From assembly GCA_043228905.1 (NCBI GenBank), contig JBHGNT010000006.1:868001-932000 (forward strand): a stretch of 64,000 nucleotides of DNA, written 5' to 3'. The translations under genes and the position numbers were made by a program. Shown here in pieces: positions 41,001-52,500 of the stretch; position 1 is the first letter of the stretch; every line of letters starts with the position of its first letter. The stretch is from Azolla caroliniana (taxonomy: Eukaryota > Plantae > Polypodiophyta). The notes beneath the pieces were generated by a model, which saw only the letters and a list, made by a program, of their open reading frames with translations, searched no databases and was not told where the DNA came from.

Positions 41001-44000
41001 ACCAGACTTATTATTCGATTGAATGGTTATGGCTTATTGTAAATTTTGAACAATATGAATTGTTAAATTTTGACATAATATATAAGTTGAGCTTACTTAT
41101 AATTTTCGTGCAACAATCATTGAACTTAGAAATTAAGTATACTTGTATGTGTACATGTTATCTAAACTCTCCTTTATCATTTGGGGTATATCGGAGATAA
41201 GTTTATACTCTATCATTTACTCGTATGATTGGAATGTTATTGTAGACTAGTTTATTTATACATTGACAGTGTCATGTATCACGTGTCAATGGAAATTTTC
41301 TCTTGACATAGTAGTATCTCTTAATTGCAAGGTTCACAATTTGCTTTAAGATGTATTATATTTAAATATACACACATAATTAGAAGAAGTCACTTATTCA
41401 ATGGGGCATGCTTTTTAGAATATGCACAAGGATCCGTGTTACTATTATACTTGTGTTGACAAATACACCCCTGTCTAAGATTTGGACAAAAACATGGTAG
41501 ATAGAATATACGTTGAATGATTTTGTTGACGTGATATTAGTTAGTTCTTTTTTTCGCTATGTTTTCATAAACCACATACACATGCGTCGTGCCTTGTTGA
41601 AATTCTGCTTAAATAAGGCATTTTTTAACATCTCACTAAGATATGAAAAAGAGAATGCGACATATTACCTGTTTCAAATGACCTGGTGTTAACTATTCGC
41701 CACAAGGATGCAGTCGTTAGCTCAGCGAAATCCTTGACCATCTTCTCCAATTGTTTAAACCTAAACGGTTCATCGTCGTATGATGACCCAACCATTCGAA
41801 ATCCGTAAGGAATATCCGCAATCATTAGCATATATTCCTTCTTTGGCACCTTTTGGATCAAGTCGACGACATCACCGCAAACCACATTGTAGTAAAGATC
41901 TCTCGTAATATCTTTTTTGTGGCTAAATTTTTTAAAGGAGCCATCTTCCTCCATTTCGTACGCCTTGACTAAGCGACGATCCTTTTCTTTTCTGGCTCGC
42001 TCGAGATGTGCAAGGAAGGATGTAGGGAAATCGTGTATATCCTTAACTTCTCCTTGTTTCTTGCCTCGACACGGATTCTAATAGAAGCAATAGGACATCA
42101 GGTATTATTATACAAGCTCTACATATGATGAAAGGGTAATGAAAAATCATCAATACTAACCCAATCCTTGAAATTATGCAATAAAATACTCCGATAACGC
42201 CTTATATGAAGACGTTAGAGGATAATCCTCGGTCACTTGTTCCCAAGTTATACATCCAAGTTGTTTCATCATAACTTCTTGGATCTTCATGTACACCTTA
42301 TGACTGTAAAATTAGAAATCAAGATTAGAACTTTGAATTACACCAAATAGACTACAATTTCAGTATTTGAAAGACTTACTTATTGAACTCAGTGACCATT
42401 TCTTCAAGGCTTAAATCTTTCGCCACAACCCTTGACAAAACAGACACAAGAAGCTGCTCGTCCTTAATACCTTGCATCGCTTTCCACAGAGACAGCTTCA
42501 TGTCGTCTGCCGCTTCTTCAATTGTCAAGTCAATTTTCTTGGCGGCTTGTGACTTTAACTCTAGTTGAGGGTCAACCTTACATTTCTTTTGTTGTTGACC
42601 CTTTACCTCCTTATTCTCCCACATTGAGAAGATTTGATCTTGTAGGTCCCAAACTTCTCCATCTCTAAACGCCAATTGAAACCAAGACTCATACTTTCGA
42701 AGACCATCAGACTTAACATTATCATCTACCACAATGCCGACTTCATGCAGACATTGACGTCGTAGGCCTGGATGTAACTTCACACCAAACTTTTGTTTCA
42801 CGTCTAAATACTCGTGGTGGAAGAACCGTATACGCTCAATGGACGACATTTTCTGCCTATAGTCATTATCATTATTATGGTCCCATGCCAACAACTTAGC
42901 CTCTTCGGTTGTGAGCCCAACATAAAATTTGCACTCGGCATACTTGAAGAAGAAAGTCGTTGGATGTTCTCTCACAAGTTGCCGACGTGCCTCTACTGAA
43001 TGCGATCCACCAATGACAAAATAATTATATTGATCATGCTTTCTAATATCAAAATCTTCAATGGGTTCACATTCTTCAGGATCTACCATAACAATAAAAG
43101 GCACCACAGTGGCATGAGGATTAATTTTCATTTTTTTCTTGAGATTTTGAACATGCATGCGGTGTGGCTCTCTAATCTCAAGTGGTCGTCGACCTGTTTT
43201 TTCATCAATAGGGGGCCGATGGATGTGTGTTATAGGCAAATTAAACACTTGCCCTTTCCTGACCAGTTTCCGTTGCATTAACTCTCTCCTTATCTTATTC
43301 TGCTCGGATGACAAAACACCCGATGCCAGCTCAGCTCATGGCGTCCCCTTATTATCCTCTTCGTTTTCACTTGTTGAATCGGTGTCCGACATTTTGGTTG
43401 TCTTCTTCTTTGGTGGTCTTGACTGGACTTTGGATACCCTTTTTGTGGCCTTCAATGGGGAGGGCACTTCATCTCTTAGAGTTACATGGCCTTGTATATA
43501 AGGCCTCAAGGTAACAATAAGGTTTTGTGAGCTTTCAAGATCTTTTTTGAACGCTTCTGGCCCACAAGATTCCTTTACTAAAAGGTCTTCTGAAAGGAAC
43601 GCTTTACGTACCCCCTTGGAGCACTCTATCATTACCAGTATGTTGGCCGAATCCGCATCTTCGTAGTCAAATCGTAGAATACGGCCATACATAAATGGGG
43701 TTTCCTTTCCAAGCTGCCCCTCCCCCTTCTTCTTTGATGTATACAATACGACTTTTTTCTTTGAGTCGACATATTGCATACACCATTCCTTGTCCGTTAG
43801 ATCACAGTCAGGAAGGTCTTCACCTCCAGTAGCGGCGACAAGTTTCTTTTGGCTAACATCAATATGTGGCTGAGATTTTGTCTCTTTGTTGAAGAGAAGC
43901 TTTTTCCCTCTCTTCATGGTCTCAAGAGCTACCTTGGTCTGGGCTTCGATTGGAGAACCCTGTATGCGAAGCTTTATTTTCTTCACGGGTCGGTCCGACA

Positions 44001-44517
44001 AGTTCTCAAACGACCTATTTAAGAAAGTATATGCAAAAACATAAGTTAGGTGGTCACGTAGATTAAGGTTGTATATTAAAATATAAATATTAAGATGAAG
44101 AATAGTTCTCACTAGCAGGCGATTAGTGGTGAAGTGAAAATATCAATCATGCATTCAGAGTACATGGTAGTCCTATATTCAAAAATCTATTCTAGGCAGG
44201 GCTATTCAAACTAGAAAATATATATCGTAATAAGTAAACAGGGTTATATATTCTTTTAAAGAGTAGGTATGACTTATATAGATTCCAAACCTATATTGAG
44301 GAGAATTTGCTATCGTAAAGGCAATTTGTGGATCGTTTTCTTCTATTTTAAGCTAAAGTAGGTCATAAAACACCTATAATTATGGCATGTTTTTTTTTAA
44401 AAGTAAGGCAAGTCAACATAAAAAAGACTGATTTTGACAGACAATTTGATATCTTTTCCACACAATAATTAATTGTTACCCCAAAAACACAATTTTTCTC
44501 TTTCAGAGCCTTCTTTT

Positions 44518-44836
44518 ATACAGGAACTCGATACGGCGTATCGAGTTCCTGTTTAAAGTTTAGGACTTTAAACAGGAACTCGATACGCCGTATCAAGTTC
44601 TTGTGCTTTCTTTGCTTTTTAAACAGGAACTCGATACGGCGTAAACTTTAAACACGAACTCGATACGCCGTATCGAGTTTGTGTTTAAAATCCAAACTTT
44701 AAACGGGAACTCGATACGCCGTATCGAGTTCCTGTTTAAAAAGCAAAAACAAATTATGAACTCGATACGCCGTATCGAGTTCCTGTATAAAGTTTGTATT
44801 GTATACAGGAACTCGATACGGCGTATCGAGTTCTTG
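44518..44836. repeat. Array of 7 palindromes CAGGAACTCGATACG(G/C)CGTATCGAGTTCCTG in intron 1 of the ParB-MTase gene
   Basis: Copies at ~44521, 44573, 44624 (truncated), 44653, 44704, 44758 and 44806; ~50-bp period. Confidence 0.93.
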
Positions 44837-45034
44837 AGCGACGAAACATATTTACAAAACTGTCCACAGTGTCAGAGGCCTACCTGGAGTCCTCGCGCTC
44901 GATTCTCTTTGAAGACATGGTTGATCATGTGGGCAGTGGAGGCGGAGATCGCGCTTTGGTGCTTTGTGCTCTGTGTGCTCTGTGTGCTTTGTGTGCTCTG
45001 TACGCTCTTGTGAGTGAAATATGACGAGGTCTTC

Positions 45035-45044
45035 CTATTTATAG
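45035..45044 (-). promoter_or_regulatory. Putative TATA box (CTATAAATAG) of the ParB-MTase gene
   Basis: Plant-consensus TATA ~120 bp upstream of the ATG at 44918. That short exon (MSSKRIEREDS-AG|GT) splices in phase to 44014. Confidence 0.55.
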
Positions 45045-45744
45045 GGATTGACCACATTGGTTAAAGTAACCATAGTCACCTTAACCAAGGTTGGTAAGTT
45101 TGAGGATAGTTAGTTGGTAACCACAGTCACATTAACTAGAGTAACTTATGATTGCATTAATGATTACAAAGTCAAACTAACATATTGATCAATCTTTTAT
45201 AGTCATAACAACCTGCAATGACTTCAAAGGTCATGAAGGAGACAATGATAGAGGTTCATGAATGAACCAATGATTGATTACTAAAAGCAACAATTTTTAT
45301 GACTCTCAAATGCTGTGTATTAAAGATGTGGGCATGAATTAACCAATGATTGATAAGTCTAATATTTAAAATGGTGAGCATTAAAGAACCAATGAGTGAG
45401 AGGTTCTATATCAAAATGGGTGCCATTAATTAGCCAATGATTTTAACATTAATCGAACATATTCATGGCTTGTTAATGATTAGATTTATATTATACTTGA
45501 TTTAACTTCATATAGATGTAGTTTATATAATAATTGATATTTTAAGTACAATTACTTTATTAAAAATAATTTTTTTATGTATTGTATTAATAGAATATTA
45601 CATAATATAGACATTCTATTGATTTGGCTTTTGTTTAGAGAGAAGTTTATGTTTAGAGAGGAGTATATGTTTAGAGAGGAGCTTATTAGTTTTTTTCCTT
45701 ACCCTAAGCACATAACTTACAGAGCCCTATCTAGACCTTAAGCC

Positions 45745-45965
45745 ATCAGTGAAGATTCACCGTTCTCGATTGAAGAATATTGTTTGTCATTAGACTCATC
45801 GTTTCCTACTGAAGAGTATTGTTTGTCAACAGAGTCACCATATTCGATTGAAGAATATTGTCTGTCGACAGACTCACCATATTCTATCGAAGAATATTGT
45901 CTGAGCTCATCTACAGGGAATGTAAATAATGACACATGTGAAGAGTTCTCTATTGAAGAATACGA
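45745..45965 (+). repeat. 39-bp coding tandem repeat (SPYSIEEYCLSTD/E) at the transposase N-terminus
   Basis: 4-5 copies of TCACC(A/G)T(A/T)TTC.AT.GAAGAATATTGT.TGTC. Confidence 0.8.
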
Positions 45966-48525
45966 TATTAATAAAGATACGGAGAATGAAGGTAGTGCCC
46001 AGGAAACATTGAATAACATTGGCGATGGTCACAACAGAGAATTAGATTGTAACAAGGTTACACCAACCTCTATGCAGGAAGAGAAATCTGGGAGACCTAT
46101 GCATATTAGAAGAATCCCACGAAGAATTCGTCTGGCTAGATTTAGCTTGGTGACATCAGATAAACAGATTGGATTTGATGTCAAAAAAATATGTTGTGCC
46201 CGTGGTTGTATGTCTATGATTGGAAAATCAAAGTTGCGAGAATTAAGGCGATACTATTTTTCGATGACTGGTGATGAGCAAGACACTTACCTCGGGTCAC
46301 ATATGCAACTAGTATCTGACAAATGTACGGGGATCAAAGTATCATTCGAGTATTATATCTTCCATGCGCAACAGATATGTAGAGTTGCATTCAAAATTGC
46401 GTTATGTGTTAGTAACATGCGGCTACATAGAGTACAACAACGTCTACTTAGCGGGGATCAGATGCTCAATTGTAAAGAGGTTCCAAGTATGAAAGGTGCA
46501 ATTGGAAGACATGCTATTGGTTGGATGAAAACTTACTTTCAGTCAAATTGTGAAGTAATGCCCACTACAGGTAGGATGCATCTTTCTGATAATTATACAC
46601 GTCGGGAAGTTTATGATGTCTATCGATCTGATATGCTAGGCTCACGTAATAAGTCTATCACCTATAGCCAATTCACAAGATTATGGAGAGCTCGGTTTTC
46701 AAATGTTATTATTCCTCGTAAAGTACGTATGGGGTATTGCTCCATTTGTGCAAATCTTAAAAGTTTGGCTAAAGGTACAAAGACATCAATGGAAAAGGAT
46801 ACGAGTAAGAAGTTACTACAAGAGCATCGTGAGGCACAATCCTTAGAACGAAAGAAGGCGATGCATCATAGAGAGAAGTGTTTGAAGAGGCCCGAACAAT
46901 ACATGTGCTTAATGATAGATGGCATGGACCAGAAGAAGACATGCTTGCAGCATATGCGGAGGCTCCCCAAAGATGTCAATGATGAGTGCCTTGTTCAAAT
47001 GCACTTGGTGGGATGCTTGGCTTATAATAGGTCTGTTCGACCTCACGTCTTCATTACTTACCCCAATGTTCACAATGACCCTAACCTAACAGTTACAGTG
47101 ATTCACCGAGTTTTGATGTCTTGGGGCCAACCTTTCCCCCCTGTTCTATACATTCAATTGGACAATACTGCTAGAGAGAACAAAAATTCAACTGTATTTG
47201 GCTATCTAAGTATGTTGGTCAACCTAGAATTGTTTAGGAAAGTGAAAGTCAATTTCCTTTTGGTTGGCCACACACATGACCATATAGATTAGATGTTTAG
47301 CACATTCTCCAGATAGTTGTCTCGGCATGATGCTTTCACTTTACCTAAAATATTTGATGTCATTTGTGATGCATATACACCACGCCCAAAAGTGTTACAC
47401 TTGAAGGAGGTATATGACTTTAAGAGATATATATCAGATGGGGGTGGTGGGAATGTTAAAGTGCTTGCTCAGTTAAACAATATAAGTTTCAATCACATTT
47501 TTATGATAAAGAAAAATGGAATAAGTGGTTCTACACTTTTGTATGCTAAACAATATTCATCTTCTACAACATGGGAACCTGAAGGTGGTTGCCAGTTATT
47601 ACTTTGTATGCCGAGTACAATTGTCCATGGAGTTAAGCAAATGCCAATTGAGAAGAAAGGACAGTTGCAGAGCGACTTGGTATCGGAACAAAAACGGTCA
47701 TGGCTCCAAGCCTTAGAAGAAAAAAGAAAGCATATTGAGGCCGCCAAGAAATATGCCGCACAACAAGACACGTCATGGTGGGATGTATTTTATATTGATC
47801 AGAAAGAAATTATAGACAATTGTGTATCTGTTGATAATTGGAATTTGGAAACGCCATTCACATGGTCGCTGCAACATGATCGCGTAAATAGAACTCCGGA
47901 GCAACTAGTAAATGCGATTAATGACAGCTTAGTCCATCCACAACAAAGAGACATTTATGTGGGACCAAGGATGACCAAAGCAGCCGAACCTAGATGGCAA
48001 GGCAATTTGCAAGAGGTCACCGCGGGGATGTTGATTGCAACGCTGGCTGATGAGAACTCACATGGCCACCAATTTTGGGTTGGTAAAATTCTAGAAGTGC
48101 TAATGCATGAAATAGAAAACACGATCAAGTCTATAAATGTTCATTGGTACAACACTAGAAGTGCAAATGCTTTTACAGGTAAGTATACATTGGGGATGAT
48201 TGAATGCCCAACAAGAAGGGGAGGTAGGAAGAGGAAGCGAAACATTCGTAACACCTTGACCCTTGATATCTCTGATGTGGATATCATCATGTACAACTTC
48301 ACACTTACAAAAGCCGGACAATTAAGGAAGTCAACAATAGATATAATAAAAGAAAAATTACCAGGTCTACAAGGTGGCTCGAGTCAAAGGCAAACGAGAT
48401 CTGCTACATATAATCTAGAGTCAAACCATTTGGTTTATGACGAAGATAATGCACTAATTGGTACATCCGAGGATGATGAGGAGGAATTGTCATTGTATAT
48501 TAGTTATAGTAGTGATTCTCCGTAA
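45784..48525 (+). pseudogene. Sola1-like DDD transposase (~900 aa) with two in-frame TAG stops (47290, 47314)
   Basis: CCxxxC and ICRVAF N-terminal motifs, SQFTRLW, CSIC...H, catalytic IDGMDQ, LYIQLDNTARENKN and FLLVGHTHDHID*MFS. ORFs 45784-47292 and 47317-48525 share one frame. Start codon uncertain. Confidence 0.85.
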
Positions 48526-48983
48526 AGGAGTGATCATGAATGTATATTTGGCTATTAAGTGTAACTACATTCCGCTTGTAACAAATCGAGTAATATAAAA
48601 GCATGTGTTTTGAATTCTTATGATTTCTAAAAAATCGTTTCTTATAAAATAACATTGGTTGTAAAGTTTGTGATATAAATTGAGAATGTATCTTTTTGAA
48701 ATTCGTCTTTTTTTAGTTACTTCTAAATCACGAAAATAGTGGATTTTTAACCTTTTTCATAGTATGTTTGAACATGTATGATACTGGTATCAATGTGTTT
48801 TGTAAAATCATTGAAAAAGCCCTAAAATTTCCCTTATCCTTCCATTTATGCGCGATCCTTCCACTTGTGAACGCGAACGTGTTTTCGTAGTTACCTAGAT
48901 AGAATCTAGTTAAAAGTGTTGACTATAACGCCTTAAATATGACCTTGTACTTAAGTGGGATATTCTAGATCCTCCACTCCCAA

Positions 48984-49510
48984 TGTCACGGACACACCAA
49001 GCGCGGACTAGGACGGAACACAGATGATGGGGCTATGAGCGACGGATGAACTTGGAGCTAGATGTGATGAGGCTAGGAACTCTAGATGTTGTGAGCGATA
49101 GGAGAAGTTGAAGACAGAAATAAAGATTAAGGAGGCAAAGATGAGGCGAAATGAGAATACTAGATTGATGTGTCAATGACTGGTGTTAAATCCCTTGAAA
49201 GGAACCAAGGAGGTTACCAATATTTATACAAGTTCTAAGATTGAATATCTCTAGAATATACCCGAGAAATATCTCTAGAATATACCCGTCTAGAATACAC
49301 CATAGAATATTTCTATCTAATATACTAAATGCTCTAGAATATTCTAGAATGTACTTTATGCTCGAATAACATATATAATAGTAAACTTTTATACACAAGT
49401 ACATGCTCATATCGAAATTGTTAGGCATGATGTCTTGTAGATGTGAGGTTGTAGGTTCAATCCTCTTCAATCCTCACTAACTACATATTTGATGTCAATG
49501 TGTCGTGACA
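48984..49510 (-). mobile_element. Solo LTR (Gypsy-type, TGTCACG..CGTGACA) inside the Copia 5' LTR
   Basis: 7-bp terminal inverted ends and TSD CCCAA (48979-48983 and 49511-49515); absent from the sister LTR. Orientation inferred from similarity to the Gypsy LTR at 54521. Confidence 0.88.
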
Positions 49511-52500
49511 CCCAAGTACATTTAATATAGGACTATATTCTCCTCACACATGAGATCTATATATACCTAATTGATGATGCTAATTTAATATATAGTTAAT
49601 CATCCCCCATCTTGTGTTGTTCATAAGTGTACTTCTCTCTCCCTTCCTCTCACACACATATCACTTAATCTTTCACTTAACTTAATCACATAATTAGGTA
49701 CTAATTAACCCATAGTTAATTACCTCATTCTTAACATGGTATCAGAGTGTGTGGTTTAGAAAATCCACTAAGCCCACCCGACTCCGTGATTGTGTGTTCA
49801 AGATGCCGACGACAAAATCCGGCTATCGGCTACCGTAGTGCCGCTACGTAGCACGTGGACGCGATCGAAGGAAGAAAAGCAAAAGAAGAGAAGACACTAA
49901 TCAACATGAACACACAAATGGGTAGCTCGCTCCCTAGTGAAAAGCTAGACTGGAGCAATTATTCATCTTGGGAGTACAAGATGAACCAATACCTCGTCGG
50001 CCAAGGGTATTGGAGCTACATCAACGACACTCAAGAAAATAGACCAGACCCAAAGAACGCAGACTACTCAACATGGGAGCAAGCGGCGAGTCGAGTCATG
50101 TATTGCTTGGCAACATGTGTCCACAACCACATGCTTAGCCACATTCAAGACGCCAAGACGCTTAAAGAAAATGTTCGCCACCAACACGACCTCTCGAAAG
50201 CTTCAACTCCGACAAGAGTAGAACAACATTCATCAAGAAGATAGTGTCAGACTTCACCGCCAAGATAAAGAGCATTTGCCACTCGCTTGGCTCCATCGAC
50301 ATAAACGTCGACGAAGACGAGATGGTTCAAGTATGCTTGGGTGGCCTCGCACAACGATTCGATTACTTGAGGACGGTAATCCTAGCAAGGGAAAACCATC
50401 CTTCGTTCTTCGACCTTCAATCAATGCTAATGGTTGAATAGAACCACATTCGAACCAAGACCAAGATGTTGGAAGGACAAATGTTCTTCTTGAATTCAGA
50501 TGGTGGCCGAGAACAAGGTCGAGGCGGTAGAAGAGGTCGATTCGACCCATTACACGAAGGGAACTCAAACCTTCGACAACAAGACGGAAGCCACCAAGGA
50601 ACCATCGGAAGAAGGGGAAGCTTCCATGACGAACCAGGTTGGCAAACGTGGCCCATTGCTTGAAACTATTGCAGCAAAATCGGCCACCGCAAAGAGGAGT
50701 GTCGGAAAAAGAGAAGCGAGTCGGCTTCGACACGTTGATAACTCATAAACTAGGCCAACAACTCCAAATACGAAGACTACGATGGTCTATTCATAATGAG
50801 ACATAGAGAAAAATCTATGACGGCTTCCAACTCCGCAAGCACCTCCAACTCGAAAGACGTGTGGTTCATCGATTCCGGTGCCTCACATCACATGACATCC
50901 CACGAATAGTGGTTCAGTGATTTGCGCACACCCGATCAACCCGGCGTCATAGAGACCGGTAACGACACCACACATCCCATTCGGCACATCGGCAATGTCC
51001 CATTCGGGAAAGAAGGCGAGCAAACTTGCCTCAAGAATGTCTTGCATGTGCCCACAATAACGAAGAATTTGGTCTCGGTCGGCCAAATCGTGGAGCAAGG
51101 CATGCAAGTCCACTTCAACAATGAAGGATGCTTCATTGAGAAAGATGACTGAATCATAACTGAGGGGTGGAGAGATGGTCGAATGTTCATCCTCGATTCG
51201 AACGAAGTGAAATTGGAAATGTACGTTAAAGGTATCAAAACCGAGACAAGCATCAAGTTGTGGCACAAAAGAATCAGCCACATAAACCTCCAACGACTTC
51301 AAGCTATGCAATCAAAGGGAGTCTTCATCGGACTTCCGACATTCGAGTCGTAACGAGTTGACCGAGTATGCGAATCGTGTTAACTCGGCAAACACATCGA
51401 CTCCCATTCCCGAAGGAGAACTACGTAAGCAAAGGGCTCCTTGACATCATACACTCGGATGTATGGGGACCGGCTCATTCGCCGACGATCGGCAGATGCC
51501 GATACTACGTCACCTTCATCGACGACTACTCCCACTACACGTGGATCTTCCCAATGAAGAAGAAGAGTGAAGTGCTCTCCCACTTCCAAAAGCTCAAGGG
51601 TCAAGTCGAAAAATAAATCGGTCGGCACATTCGATGCCTACAATCGGACGAAGGAAATGAGTCCTTCTCCGATGAATTCACCTCCTACCTCCAAAGTGAA
51701 GGCATTCGGAGAGAATTATAGTGCCGACACACACCCCAACAAAATGGAGTAGCCGAAAGGAAGAATCGGCAAATACTCGAGGTAGCACATGCCAGGATGC
51801 ATGAGAAGCTCATGTCGAGTTTCTATTGGGCCGAAACGACATCCACGGCTGTCTATCTCATGAATCAATGCACCACCAATGGAGTGCATGAGATAACTCC
51901 ATATGAGCTCCTTGTCAGAAGGAAGTCGATCCTGTCACACCTCAAGGTGTTCGGAAGCATTGCGAATGTACGCATCCCGAACAAAAACTGACGGAAGCCC
52001 AACGTAAAGTCGGAGGAATGTATCGTCATAGGATACTCATTCGAGAAGAAGGCATACAAGTGTTATAACCCTTCGACTCGAGCGGTTTGGGTGAGTCGAG
52101 ACGTAGTCTTCGACGAATCGGCATCATGGTATAGGCCCGAGTTGACTCCACCTGACCCGACCGAGGAAGAGTTGAATGTCAACTCGAAGGATGACATTCG
52201 GCCAAGCCCTTCACCAAAGGACCGTCCAAGCTCTATCGAGCTAAGTGGACCACACGATCCTTCAATCCTTCCAAGTACGTCGCGGCCAAGTACGACCTTG
52301 GACAAAGGCAAAGGTAAGATGCCCGAATACGAAGTCGACCACCCCGACAATAGTGATTCGGATGTGTTAGATCCTTCACTAGACAGTGAGTTTGGTATAC
52401 CCACCTTGTGGACACCTAGAGTAAAGAAGGCACTCACATCGGCGAGCGAAAAACTTCGACGCTCATCTCGAGAGAAGAACCCTGTCACTTGGCTCAGCTA

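Larger units (their letters stand above)
37827..41690. mobile_element. Non-autonomous Sola-like element (related family, opposite orientation) inserted in the methyltransferase exon
   Basis: 37-bp TIRs AACACC(G/A)GG(A/T)CATTTGAAACAGGTAATATGTCGCATT and TSD AACT (37823-37826 and 41691-41694). Removing it restores WRIV|VFHSMDQGY. It contains transposase and MTase 3' remnants. Confidence 0.92.
36941..44918 (-). pseudogene. ParB/Srx-like domain + beta-class DNA amino-methyltransferase (N6_N4_Mtase-like); exons 44918-44884, 44014-42380, 42303-42161, 42077-41691 joined to 37822-37744, 37655-37384, 37293-36941
   Basis: ParB-like segment IREP..HV..L / PFIVMVD / YFVIGGSHSVEA / LAWDHN / MSSIERIRFF. MTase motifs in beta order: VVCGD, LMIADIPYG (motif IV, 41805-41816), WIKTN, EYITVG, YQKPQRLM..LIEMFS.EGDWILDLFSGT|xTTSACA...RNTVALEKD (motifs X, I, II). 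GT-AG introns. Lesions: TGA at 43336, TAA at ~37583, two 1-nt frameshifts and a nested TE. Confidence 0.85.
35895..48883. mobile_element. Sola1-like cut-and-paste DNA transposon, ~13 kb, carrying a ParB-methyltransferase cargo gene
   Basis: 36-bp TIRs AACACGTTCGCGTTCACA(G/A)GTGGAAGGAT(T/C)GCGCAT. 4-bp TSD TTCG (35891-35894 and 48884-48887), confirmed by the uninterrupted site in the sister LTR (AACTTCGTAGTT at ~52806). Encodes a DDD transposase. Confidence 0.9.

Noticed and set aside
44518-44836. CRISPR-like appearance of regularly spaced palindromes (also 38730-40510)
   Set aside because: Spacers are AT-rich, low-complexity, variable in length and partly self-similar. There are no cas genes, and the context is an intron of a eukaryotic transposon.
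36941-44918. Bacterial contamination as the source of the ParB-MTase
   Set aside because: The gene has GT-AG introns, a TATA box and NLS-like motifs, and is nested within plant retrotransposons with matching TSDs.
45784-48525. CACTA, hAT, Mutator, Harbinger or KDZ assignment for the transposase
   Set aside because: The 4-bp TSD, AACAC ends and DGMDQ / QLDN..ENKN / GHTH.DID motifs do not fit those superfamilies and fit Sola1-like DDD enzymes. An HMM search is still needed to confirm.
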